64,000 nucleotides of DNA from Eledone cirrhosa (Eukaryota), in assembly GCA_964016885.1 (NCBI GenBank), contig OZ024740.1, positions 293,632,001 to 293,696,000 of the forward strand, in the 5' to 3' direction. A program made the translations under genes and the position numbers. Position 1 is the first letter of the stretch. The number at the start of each line of letters is the position of its first letter. The notes beneath the pieces were generated by a model. It was not told the DNA's origin. It worked only from the letters and a program-made list of their open reading frames with translations, and searched no databases. Below, piece after piece: positions 12,141-47,784 of the stretch.

Positions 12141-12480
12141 TGAGGTCACAACACTGAACAATTCTTAAATAGTTATGCCTTATCTAACACCACCAATGTG
12201 ATGCTGGTGGTAATGACAGCTTCACTAGGGGTAATTTTTGAAAGAGTGTTCTGTTAGCTGTGCATAAGTTATGGGTGTGTTGCTCATAGATATATTGACA
12301 CAAGGATCAAAGCTATATTTAGTAAAAGGATCAAAGCTATATTTAGTAAAAGGCATGTTCTCTGCTTGAAATATTTTTACATTATCTTAACTATAATAAA
12401 GAAAGAAGTGCGGGATTGCATCCAGAATATATTTTTTTACCCCGTTTGTAAAATAAGTTGGATTACTTTGAATAAATAAT

Positions 12481-12668
12481 TGTTTCTACTTTTGGCACAA
12501 GGCCAGCAATTTCGCAGTGTATTACTGGTACTTTATTTTATCGACCCCATAAAGCTGAAAGGCAAAGTTAACCTCGGCGGAATTTGAACTCAGAATGGCA
12601 AGGGCCATAACTCTATGCGTCAAAGCATGGCGTCCGACCCTCTACCGATACTGCCAATTCACCGCCAT
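12481..12668 (-). mobile_element. tRNA-derived SINE, family A, with 18-bp target-site duplication
   Basis: Head ggcggtgaattggcagtatcggtaga (A box), gagttcaaattcc (B box) and core gccgaggttaactttgcctttca..ggggtcgataaaataaagtaccagt. TSD ttactttgaataaataat at 12463-12480 and 12669-12686. Confidence 0.9.
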
Positions 12669-13499
12669 TTACTTTGAATAAATAATGAATGAATATTACA
12701 TAATTTATGTGCTAAATTTCGTGGTTGCTGATTAAATATATTTTATAGCTTATTTAAAGACCTTTAAAATTCACTTCTTTAAAATTTTCAGATGTCAACA
12801 CTTCCGGTTATATTATAACACTTATAAAAATATCGCATATATTTCCGTCTCTAATTTTCTCCTAATGTAGTTTATATATAATATCGTCTTTTTTCAAATG
12901 TATCATGGATTACGTTACTGATTACATAAGACAGTGTAACATAGTCTTCGTTCAATTTCTGTGTATATTGTAAATTACGATTTTATTTGATGTATCATAT
13001 CTACATGCATATATATTTGTGTATAATATCAATATACACACTACACATGCTAGTGGTTGGTTTTTCTGCTAGTGTCTCTTAATGATACTAGACATGCTTT
13101 TAATGCAGCTATAAGTCAATTTTATGTTGTTCTTTTTCAAAAGTTGGTGGAATTTAAGGCAATTAACCCTTTAGTGTTTAAACTGGCCGTATCCAGCCAT
13201 ACTTCTCTCACTTCTTTCTTTTCAAACCGGCTGTAACTGGCTGCTCATACTGACGTTAAGGTATTGTTCTCAAAATAGACAATATCAACATCTCATAGAT
13301 TTGTTATGTGAGATAATTATGTATGATAAGGCTTTTACCTTGAAAATAAAATAGTATATATAGAGTAATGTAAATGCTAAAGGATTAAGGAATTATATTC
13401 CGATTAGGGAGATGAAATATTTTGAAAATAAGCATAGAATGAAGGGAACTGACAGGCAATTGCAGAAACATAGAGCTTTAACCTCCCCAAATCTCTATG

Positions 13500-13860
13500 C
13501 TACCCTCATACTAGCAGATGACTTCAATGGGCATGTTGGACAGCTCCAGCATGGACAAACTGGGGTACAAGGTGGATATGGTTATGGCTTAAGAAATGAA
13601 GGAGGAGTGAGTCTTCTTGAATTTTGTGATGCAAGTGACTAACCCTTTGCAACACTAACTTCAGGAAACCTGCCAATCACTTAATCACCTACCAATCAGG
13701 TGAGTACATAAGCCAGACAGACAGATGGTTACAAGTACTAAGACATTCCCTAGGGAAGAATGTACCCCCAACATAGGTTAGTTGTTAGTGACATCTCAAT
13801 AAGCAAGAGTCAGCAGAATGAGACACACTGGAAGGACTGGAAGCTAAAGGACCTTTCACT
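13500..13860 (+). mobile_element. RTE-clade LINE fragment (APE endonuclease region)
   Basis: LADDFNGHVG..GGYGYGLRNEGGVSLLEFC, then NTNFRKPANHLITYQSG in a shifted frame. Confidence 0.75.
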
Positions 13861-13869
13861 TTTTTATAC

Positions 13870-15810
13870 AGCTGTTGTCCTTCATACACATCACATAACC
13901 ATACCAACACAATCTCCTCTTTAGTAAACTGCATCTGATCCTTCTTATACCTAATTTCTCACTTAGTTCGTTTATGCTTTGCTGTTTGTGTATTACACTA
14001 TTACACATCCATTAGATCATGCATGCTTCGTTTCTTTCCAATCTGTGTAGATCCTCTGCACACAATGCCCAGGTCTCATTACCATGTAACATTGCTGTTT
14101 GTATACAAGCATCATACAATCTACCTTTCATTTTTAGAGAGAAACCTTTTGTGGCTAACAGCGGTATTAGCTCTCTGAACTTTTTCCATCCCGTTCTTAC
14201 TATGGCTACTGTACTTTCAGAACACCTTCCTCCACTGCTGATTTTGTCACCCATGTAACGGAAAGTGTCTACTATTTCTATAGAACTATCTTGCAGTTGA
14301 AGGAGCTAGTATCCAGTGGGCACTTGCTGTGGCATCAGCCACATAAAACCTTCATTCTTTGAAAGCTTGCCTGTGATCCCACTACATCCTTTTTATGTAC
14401 CCATAGGTTGCATTTGGGACATAGTATGGAATTTCTACCTACTCCTTTCCTACACACTGAGCAAGGCCATTTCCCAGAGGGAGCCTGTGCTCTATTTTTC
14501 TTTCTACATACTAGAACTTTAGATTTAGACAAGTTAACTTTTAGGCTTTTTGATTCTAGGCCATGCGTCCATGTTTGGAATTTCTTCTCGAGTTATGCCA
14601 TAGATTCAGCTATGAGAGATAGATCATCTGCATATATAGGTTCTCATGTGCAGCCAGTCTTAAACTCATCTGTTATAGCCTGTAGGGCAATGATAAATGG
14701 GAGGGAGCTAAGGATGGAGCCTTGGTGAACACCTATTTTACACTAACTTCTTCACTATATTCATTATCTAACCTTGCTGACTGTTCCTCTATACATGGCT
14801 TGTATAGATTTCACAAGCCACTCATCTACATCTAATTTTCTAAGAGCCCACCAGATAATGGAATGGGGGAATTCTGTCAAAGGCTTTCTCCAAGTCAACA
14901 AAAGCTAAGTAGAGGGGTTTACTTTTAGCTAGGTACTTCTCCTGTAGTTGCCGTACAAGTATCTGTGGTACTTTTACCTGGCACAAACCCAAACTACATT
15001 TCATCTAGATCAATTTGGTCCCTAATCAACTGTGTGATAACTCTTTCTATGACCTTCATGACCTGGTCAACTAACTTAATGCCTCTATAGTTTTCCCTAT
15101 CTAGAGCTTCTCCTTTACCCTTGTAGCAGTTAACGATGATACTGCTATGCCAGTCATTTGGTATGACCCCATTCTGTATTACTTGGTTTACTATCCGGAT
15201 GACAATAGTATGTCCTACCATTCCAGATGCTTTCAAAATCTCAGCAACTATCTCCAAAGGCCCAGCTACCTTGCCTGTCTTCATATCTTTGATTGCTTTA
15301 CTTACTATACTACCACTAACTTGCACAGCTGGTCCCTCTTCATTCCATTCATTCTCCTCATTTAGTAGTCTCTTGTAGTGGCACTTCCAAGCTACCGTCT
15401 TATCAGTATCAGTGAGGGCAAGTCCACCATCATCATTATGGACACACTTATCCCCGAAAATATCACAATTTTCCTTGACACATTGCCTCACAATCCTGAA
15501 CACCTCATGTTTTTGGTCCTCATGTTGTAGAACATGCTTGAACTTTCTATCCTCTGCTTCCCTTCTTGCAAGGTACACTTGTCTCCTAGCTCCTCTTCTG
15601 GCCACTTGATAGTGTTCTTTACTTCCCCCAATCCTGCCATTATTTCCATGCCTGCCTTTTGGCCTTAATTGTCTCCTCCACCCTACTGTTCCACCACCAA
15701 GTTAATCTGCTCTTCCCTAAAGGTCTGCTCCAGCTACAGATTTCATCTGTTCAGCAGGTTAACTTTCAGGAATTCCCACCGTTCCTCTATATTGTATCAC
15801 TCTAACTTCT
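13870..15810 (-). mobile_element. Degenerate RTE-clade LINE (RT region)
   Basis: YKGKGEALDRENYRGIKL (14994-15605), GVHQGS-like segment near 14720, SGKWPCSVCRKGVGRNSI, GWKKFRELIPLL..MLHGNETW. Confidence 0.85.
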
Positions 15811-15829
15811 CTTTCTTATATCATCATCA

Positions 15830-16164
15830 TCATCATTTCATTTTACGTCCGCTTTTTCCCTGCTTGCAAGGGTGGGACGGGAACTGATGCTGGCTTGATT
15901 TCTACAGCTGGATGCCCTTCCTAACACCAACCTCATTTACAGTGAGTGCTGGGTGCTTTTTTGCTGTGGCACCTCCACGACCACTTTGCAGTGGAATGAT
16001 AGGGACCCCAGTCCCTATCATCTCATTTCTACAGCTGAGTAAACTGGAGCAATGTGAAATAAAGTGTCTTGCTCAAGGAAACAACACATCACCCGGTCTG
16101 AGAATTGAACTCACAACCTTTTAATTGCAAGGCCAATGCTCTAACCACTAAGCCATGTGCCTCC
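15830..16164 (-). mobile_element. tRNA-derived SINE, family B (RTE-like 3' tail)
   Basis: Near-identical reverse complement of 40347-40689; tRNA-like head and tccttgagcaagacactt core. Confidence 0.85.
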
Positions 16165-16188
16165 ATATATATATATTTATATGTATGT

Positions 16189-16364
16189 AAAATCAGTACA
16201 GTTTATGGAAGGGATATATTAGGTTAACGCTTGATATAACAAGAAGAGGGTCTTAACGTGTCGGACGCTAGTCTTTCATCAGAAGAAAGAATGAGAAATA
16301 AGATAGATTGAGAGGATGGAAATGGAAAAAATGTCTTTAGATAAAAATAACAGGTCCATTCATA
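16189..16364 (-). mobile_element. Solo pseudo-LTR-like fragment with a degenerate minimal hammerhead (16251-16286)
   Basis: Minus strand UCUU CUGAUGA A AGAC UAGC GUCC GACA CG UU AAGA; inverted homolog at 17243-17424; bounded by (TA)n. Confidence 0.6.
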
Positions 16365-16769
16365 TATATATATATATATCATCATCATCATCATTTAACA
16401 TCCATCTTCCACGCTAGCATGGGTTAGACGGTTTTGCTGCATTTGATGGGAGAATGGTCGGGAGACCATATCTCGGTCGCACGGAAGCGCCTCTGGCAGG
16501 TTTTTTTACAGCTGGATGCCCTTCCTAACACCAACCACATTTACAGTGTGGACTGGGAGCCTTTTCACCGTGTCCACTACACGGCCACCTTACAGTGGAG
16601 ACTGTTGAGTCGACACAGTAGATGGAACGGGAGAGGGAGGATAGAGTAGGGTGTGAGGGTGGGGTGTACATTGGGTTAAGAGGTGCCTACTCACTATAGG
16701 TTTGTATGCAATGGCAGTTGGGTCTTCTGTACAACTGCATGGAGCCAAAGGTCTCGATCCAGTGTCATT

Positions 16770-17164
16770 GTCTTAGAGAGGTGTAGGTGAGCAAAGTAGT
16801 TTTTCTTGGTCTTCCCACTCCATAGCTTCCATTAATTTTCATTGCCCTGCACTTTTTTATACAGCCGGCATCCTTCATATGCATCACATGTCCATACCAA
16901 CGCAATCTCCTCTCCAGAACACATTTGATACGTCTCATGCTTAGTATCCCTCTTAATTCATTTATGCTTCGCCTTTCGCGCACATTACTATTACATGCCA
17001 TTGGAGCATGCAAGCTTCATTTCTTTCTAATCTAGGCAGGTCTTCAGCATACAATGTCCAAGTCTCACTATCATGTAATATCACCGTTTGTATGCATCAT
17101 ACAATCTGCTTTTCATTTTTAGAGAAAAACCCCTTGTGGCCAACAGCGGTATTAGCTCTCTGAA

Positions 17165-17168
<4 letters not shown>
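16770..17168 (-). mobile_element. RTE LINE 3' fragment
   Basis: RRLRWYGHVMHM..GVGRPRKT. Confidence 0.75.
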
Positions 17169-17208
<40 letters not shown>

Positions 17209-17242
17209 AGAGAAGTTAGGGAGTTTTCCAAGAGATGTCAAC

Positions 17243-17424
17243 ATGAATGGACCTGTTATTTTTACCTAAAGACACTTTTTCCAATTCCACCCTGCCCGTC
17301 CCTTCAATCTATCTTATTTCTCATTCTTTCTTCTGATGAAGGACTGGTGTCCAAAACGTTAAGACCCTCTTCCTGCTCTTTCAAGTGTCAACCAAATATA
17401 TTCCTTCCATATACCGTACTGATT
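17243..17424 (+). mobile_element. Solo pseudo-LTR-like fragment with a degenerate minimal hammerhead (17329-17364)
   Basis: UCUU CUGAUGA A GGAC UGGU GUCC AAAA CG UU AAGA (G12>A); lies between (TA)n tracts. Confidence 0.6.
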
Positions 17425-17448
17425 GTGTTGTTATTTCTGTTTACCTTT

Positions 17449-17495
<47 letters not shown>

Positions 17496-17834
17496 AATGA
17501 AGTGAAGTGTTATATTATATATATATATACAATAGGAATTTAGCTCAATACCATGCTAAATGCATTGAAGCGTTTACAATTATTTCAACCTTTATTGCCC
17601 ATAGAACTGCTTGGTGATAACAAGTGCAAAAAATACTTGTATCAGAGGAAACACATAAATGATACATTCACAGTGCAACCTACCTGTTGATTTTTCCTGT
17701 GCACCTGTCTCACATGAAGTTTACTTCTGTCTGTCTACATATGATCATGCTACATTACTTGTGTTTCTACTTCCTCTTTCACAGCATATTAAACAAGGCT
17801 TTTTACTTGATGGTTTCAGAGTTCTATCCTATTT

Positions 17835-18600
17835 CATCATTGTTACATCTGTTTTTCCACACTTGCATATAGGTTGGATGGGTCTTTTTCAGCACAGCAT
17901 CACTCCACTCATCACATTCTTTCCTTATCTCTTCTGTGAGTTTCAGCAATTTGAGATCAGCTTTTACCACCTCCACCCAGGTCTTCCTTACTCTACCTGA
18001 TCTGTAGCTTCCTTCTGCTGGGATTTCCTGGCACTTTTTCACCCAGTGATCATAATCCATGCACATTATATGCTTATTCCAACACAGTTTTCTCTCTTGT
18101 ACACCACCTCTGATTCCTCTTAAACCCAGTTCGTTGAAGCTCTGCCTTTCTCTCACATTTACATTGCACATCCAACGAAGCATGGTTGTTTCATTTCTCT
18201 CCAGCCTACACAGTCACTGACCATGTTTCACTACCATGTAGCATTGCACCTTACACACCGCCATCCTTTTGTATGTAGGGAGAAACATTTTTGTCAACAG
18301 TGTGAGTGTCTCTTTAAACTTATTTAGGTTTACTTTGAGCCCCTTTGAATTCAGATTTTATTTCTACATTTTCTGCTATGAGGGCTAGATATCAGCATAC
18401 CAGTGTTCCAATGGATATCCAGTCATGGAGTCCTCTCTTATGACATTGAGGACTATAATGAACAGGATAGAGCTGAGAACAAATACTTGGTGGACTCCTT
18501 CTAGCATACTAAATTAATTGCTGTACTCATTGTTAACACTCACTTTGCTAACTGCACCCATGTACAGGGGTTATACAGCTCTCAAAGGCCATTCAAACTT
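17835..18600 (-). mobile_element. RTE LINE 3' fragment
   Basis: MLRWMCNVNVRER..GRVRKTWVEVVKADL, plus the family 3' tail (acctatatgcaagtgtggaaaaacagatgtaacaatgatg). Confidence 0.7.
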
Positions 18601-19271
18601 CATTTGTGAAAGGGAACAATACAAACGTATACTGACATATTTGATTTTTGCAGTCCATTTAATGAAATACAGAAACATTTATTCTCTATAAATGGTGGCC
18701 CTGTGATTAAGTAGTGATGGAATTCAATCCATATCCCAATATGATGATTGACATTAAGGAAACACATTGTAATAGCTCAGCATAGAACTTCTGATGAGAT
18801 TTGAATCATTATTGTCTTTCAATTAAAACAGTTTTGTCTATCAATTCTTGGCTATTCCATAGTCTCAACTCTAGGATGACATTGTGGAGTAAATCCCTAA
18901 TATTAAAAAGGTGGTTTTACAGTTGCAATTTAATTTAATACTTAGGTTGGGTAAATATATTTACTGTCATAAGAGATAGTATAAGTACACCAATATGTTA
19001 TAAATTCATATTTAATTTGTTTGATTAATGAATATCATGTAAATAGATGGAAATTATACATTATTTTATTGACAATATATTTTATTTATAAAGAAACAAT
19101 AGGAAATGTTAGATAAAGGATATGTTGATTTCAGAAAATATCTATCAACACATGTGAAAAGAAGCAACTATAATTTAGTATTAATATTGAGGAAAGCAAT
19201 ATTCTCTTTTTTTATCAAATTACTATATTGAACAGTGAATATCCTATTGAATATTGGAAGGTATACATGAA

Positions 19272-22158
19272 TAGTGTGTAGATAAACATACACATTTTAA
19301 CATGGACAGTGTGTAGATATTACATACACATTTTAACATGGACAGTGTGTAGATATTACATACACATTTTAACATGGACAGTGTGTAGATAAGACATACA
19401 CATTTCAACATAAACAGTGTGTAGATAAGACATACACATCTCAACATAAACAGTGTGTAGATAAGACATACATATCTCAACATAAACAGTGTGTAGATAA
19501 GACATACACATCTCAACATAAACAGTGTGTAGATAAGACATACATATTTCAACATAAACAGTGTGTAGATAAGACACACACATCTCAACATAAACAGTGT
19601 GTAGATAAGACATACACATCTCAACATAAACAGTGTGTAGATAAGACATACACATCTCAACATAAACAGTGTGTAGATAAGACATACACATCTCAATATA
19701 AACAGTGTGTAGTTAAGACATACAAATCTGAACATAAACAGTGTGTAGATAAGACACACAAATCTCAACATAAACAGTGTGTAGATAAGACATACACATC
19801 TCAACATAGACAGTGTGTAGATAAGACACACACATTTCAACATAAACAGTGTGTAGATAAGACATACACATCTCAACATAAACAGTGTGTAGATAAGACA
19901 TACACATTTCAATGTAAACAGTGTGTAGATAAGACATACACATCTCAACATAAACAGTGTGTAGATAAGACATACACATCTCAATGTAAACAGTGTGTAG
20001 ATAAGACATACACATCTCAATATAAACAGTGTGTAGTTAAGACATACAAATCTGAACATAAACAGTGTGTAGATAAGACATACACATCTCAACATAAACA
20101 GTGTGTAGATAAGACATACATATCTCAACATAAACAGTGTGTAGATAAGACACACACATCTCAACATAAACAGTGTGTAGATAAGACATACACATCTCAA
20201 CATAAACAGTGTGTAGATAAGACACACAAATCTCAACATAAACAGTGTGTAGATAAGACACACACATCCCAACATAAACAGTGTGTAAATAAGATATACA
20301 CATCCCAACATAAACAGTGTGTAGATAAGACATACACATCTCAACATAAACAGTGTGTAGATAAGACATACACATCTCAACATAAACAGTGTGTAGATAA
20401 GATATACACATTTCAACATAAACAGTGTGTAGATAGGATATACACATCCCAACATAAACAGTGTGTAGATAAGACATACACATCTCAACATAAACAGTGT
20501 GTAGATAAGACATACACATCTCAACATAAACAGTGTATAGATAAGACATACACATCTCAACATAAACAGTGTGTAGATAAGACATACAAATCTCAACATA
20601 AACAGTGTGTAGATAAGACACACACATCTCAACATAAACAGTGTGTAGATAAGACATACACATCTCAACATAAACAGTGTGTAGATAGGACATACATATC
20701 TCAACATTAACAGTGTGTAGATAAGACATACATATCTCAACATAAACAGTGTGTAGATAAGACATACAAATCTCAACATAAACAGTGTGTAGATAAGACA
20801 CACACATCTCAACATAAACAGTGTGTAGATAAGACACACACATCTCAACATAAACAGTGTGTAGATAAGACACACACATCCCAACATAAACAGTGTGTAG
20901 ATAAGACATACACATCTCAACATAAACAGTGTGTAGATAAGACACACACATCTGAACATAAACAGTGTGTAGATAAGACATACACATTTTAACATAAACA
21001 GTGTGTAGATAAGACATACACATTTCAACATAAACAGTGTGTAGATAAGACACACACATTTCAACATAAACAGTGTGTAGATAGGACATACACATTTCAA
21101 CATAAACAGTGTGTAAATAAGACACACACATCTCAACATAAAAAGTGTGTAGATAAGACACACACATCTCAACATAAACAGTGTAAATAAGACACACACA
21201 TCTCAACATAAACAGTGTGTAGATAAGACACACACATCTCAACATAAACAGTGTGTAGATAAGACACACACATCTCAACATAAACAGTGTGTAGATAGGA
21301 CATACACATTTCAACATAAACAGTGTGTAGATAAGACACACACATCTCAATATAAACAGTGTGTAGATAAGACACACACATCCCAACATAAACAATGTGT
21401 AGATAAGACATACACATCTCAACATAAACAGTGTAGATAAGACACACACATCCCAACATAAACAGTGTGTAGATAAGACACACACATCTCAACATAAACA
21501 ATGTGTAGATAAGACATACACATCCCAACATAAACAGTGTGTAGATAAGACATACACATCTCAACATAAACAGTGTGTAGATAAGACACACATCCCAACA
21601 TAAACAGTGTGTAGATAAGACATACACATCTCAACATAAACAGTGTGTAGATAAGACACACATCCCAACATAAACAGTGTGTAGATAAGACATACACATC
21701 TCAACATAAACAGTGTGTAGATAAGACACACATCTCAACATAAACAGTGTGTAGATAAGACACACATCTCAACATAAACAGTGTGTAGATAAGACATACA
21801 CATCTCAACATAAACAGTATGTAGATAAGACACACACATCTCAACATAGACAATGTGTAGATAAGACATACACATCTCAACATAAACAGTGTGTAGATAG
21901 GACATACACATCCCAACATAGACAGTATGTAGATAAGACACACACATCCCAACATAAACAGTGTGTAGATAAGACACACACATCTCAACATAAACAGTGT
22001 GTAGATAAGACACACATATCTCAACATAAACAGTGTGTAGATAAGACACACACATCTCAACATAAACAGTGTGTAGATAAGACACACACATCTCAACATA
22101 AACAGTGTAGATAAGACACACACATCTCAACATAAACAGTGTGTAGATAAGACATACA
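19272..22158. repeat. 36-bp minisatellite, about 80 copies (CATAAACAGTGTGTAGATAAGACAYACACATCTCAA)
   Basis: Seen directly; 34-bp variants lacking one CA/TG occur only in the right third. Confidence 0.97.
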
Positions 22159-22180
22159 GCAATCTTCCATATATTAATTA

Positions 22181-22186
22181 TTTATT
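22181..22186 (-). terminator. Candidate polyadenylation signal AATAAA of the CYP4 gene
   Basis: Plus-strand tttatt lies about 105 nt past the stop codon, followed on the minus strand by GT-rich sequence. Confidence 0.45.
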
Positions 22187-22290
22187 TTATGACAACCTCC
22201 AAATAATATTAAAAAAGGGGAAATATTAGTTCATTAAAATAGCATTTCAACCCATCCCTGTGTTGAACCACCATAGTATAATTACAACAA

Positions 22291-45673
<23,383 letters not shown>

Positions 45674-45896
45674 CTATAACAGTTAAAAGAAGTTGGATCA
45701 GTGATAAATCCCTAAGAGATAAGGAAAATAACGATAAGGATATAGTCATGGGTTTAACAAAGTTTACTTTTCAGACACAAGTTCTGGGGTTAGATCCCAT
45801 TGTATGTACTGTAGGCAAGTGTTGTTTTTTTGTGAGCTCAGGTTCACAAATACCTATGATGGAAACTGAATGAAATCCCTATGTATGCATGTTAGA

Positions 45897-46163
45897 AATA
45901 ATCGGGATGGATACCTGATCATGCGGTTAAACCACTGGGAGTGAAGGACCCTTAGCCTTTGTCAGGGCATTCTTCTAGGGGAAGTCAACTCAGGAAACTG
46001 GGATAACCCCGACATAAAACCTACGGCTCAGTAGTTATCGATGATGTTGATCTTTTCTTCTTTTCGGATTATAGCTACTGACGCTCAGAGAGTGGGATTG
46101 GCCTCAGTGCACAGTTCTTTCTCAGTTAAAAAAATCTTCATGCACGGGTTTTGCACGATAGCA
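45897..46163 (+). mobile_element. Interspersed non-coding repeat, family C (possibly derived from an RTE 5' UTR)
   Basis: Inverted homologs at 61590-61857 and, more diverged, 62900-63110. Confidence 0.6.
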
Positions 46164-46244
46164 ATAATTGATAATTATTAATAATGTTATATCTTGCAAT
46201 GGCCATACTTGATAATGAGGGGGCAGCCATCATGTATGTATAAT

Positions 46245-46634
46245 AATTGTTTATACCTTTTTGGCACAAGGCCAGCAATTACCCAGTGTATTACTGGTAC
46301 TTTATTTTATCGACCCCATAAGGATGAAAGGCAAAGTTAACCTCGGCGGGATTTGAACTCAGAATGGCAAGGGCCGCAACTCTATGCATCAAAGCATGAC
46401 GCCCAACCCTCTACCGATACTGCCAATCCAATAATGATAATAATAATTGTTTCTACTTTTGGCACAACGCCAGCAATTACCCAGTGCGTTACTGGTACTT
46501 TATTTTATTGACCCTGTAAGGATGAAAACCAAAGTTAACTTCGGCGGGATTTGAACTCAGAATGGCAAGGGCCGTAACTCAATGCTTCAAAGCATGGTGT
46601 CTGACCCTCTACCGATACTGCCAATCCACCGCCC
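46245..46634 (-). mobile_element. Two tandem copies of SINE family A
   Basis: 46245-46430 and 46443-46634 each match 12481-12668; separated by (AAT)n. Confidence 0.88.
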
Positions 46635-46639
46635 TTAAT

Positions 46640-47090
46640 AATGATAATAATAATGAAATTATTTTGTACAGTGCTCAGGTGCACTACAACTCATCAAAGG
46701 TGCATGTATAGTACATAGAATAATGTACAAGTATCAGGAAAGTTAACAGTGTATGAGTCATGATATACAAGTGTGTGTGTGTGTATGAAGGTGGGATATC
46801 AAGTGTAGTGTTGGCAAATTTCATGAAGCATGGAGGCCTTAAAGGATGCAGTGTCTCGGCAGCTAACAACTGATGCAGGTTGTTTGTTCCATGCTTCAGC
46901 AACTCTGAGAGTGAAAAAATGTTTCCGAAAGTCATGGGAGCTGTGCTATTTTCTAAATTTGTAGGCATGCCCATGTGTGTTAAACATATGGAATTCAAAA
47001 AGGTGCTCAGGGTTGTTGTTGGCAAGATGGTAAATAATTTTGTGGGTGTTTACCAAGTCAGTTGCCAGACGTCAGAGCTTCAATGTATCC
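46640..47090 (-). mobile_element. CR1 LINE 3' fragment, same family as 42190-44135
   Basis: Colinear with 42195-42638. Confidence 0.88.
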
Positions 47091-47784
47091 TCTTGATATC
47101 TACATTGACTTCATGGTTGGAAGCTGTACTATTGTAGCACTGTATGTGACGCCTTATGCTACTTTTCAGGCCCCACCCTGGACTATACACATGGCATGGG
47201 ATGGGGTGACATTCATGCATGTGCTACTGTCATTTTCCATCAGCACTATGTGTATGCATGTTTACATGGATAAGGTTGATTGAGCTTAAATGTGTGTGTG
47301 TATGCATCTGCATATATGCACATGCACAATCATAAGCCTACACACATACCTAATATATCAGCTTCTGTTACTCTTTACATGTCTCTAGATGGATTTTATA
47401 GGCAAAAACCTACCGGCAGGAGAACTAGGAGTAAACACCAAGCAAGTTGGTAGGATAACATCCATGAGCTTGGCTGCTCCCACTTGGGGATCCAGCTGGA
47501 TTAGTTGGAGATGGTTGCTTCTGACAGGATCTGCTGGAAGGAGTGTTTGAGGGCTCTTCCCATGACCCTCTAAGGAATAAATATGGGTGAAGAAGGAGAA
47601 GAAGAAGAAGAAGAACAACAACATACATACATATATGATGGCTGCCCCACTTATCGAGTATGGCCATTGCAAAAAAACAACAACATAATGACGATAATAA
47701 TAATAACAACAATAATAATAATAATATATACACACACACACGCTCACACAAACATACATATCTATAGACACACACACGATAACA

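Noticed and set aside
18791-18810. CTGATGA motifs here and at 33733 and 37657
   Set aside because: No downstream GAAA with closing stems; the 33733 instance lies within RTE coding sequence.
19244-21199. 651-aa Cys-rich hydrophobic protein
   Set aside because: It is a by-product of a 36-bp unit; several frames are open and 34-bp variants shift the frame.
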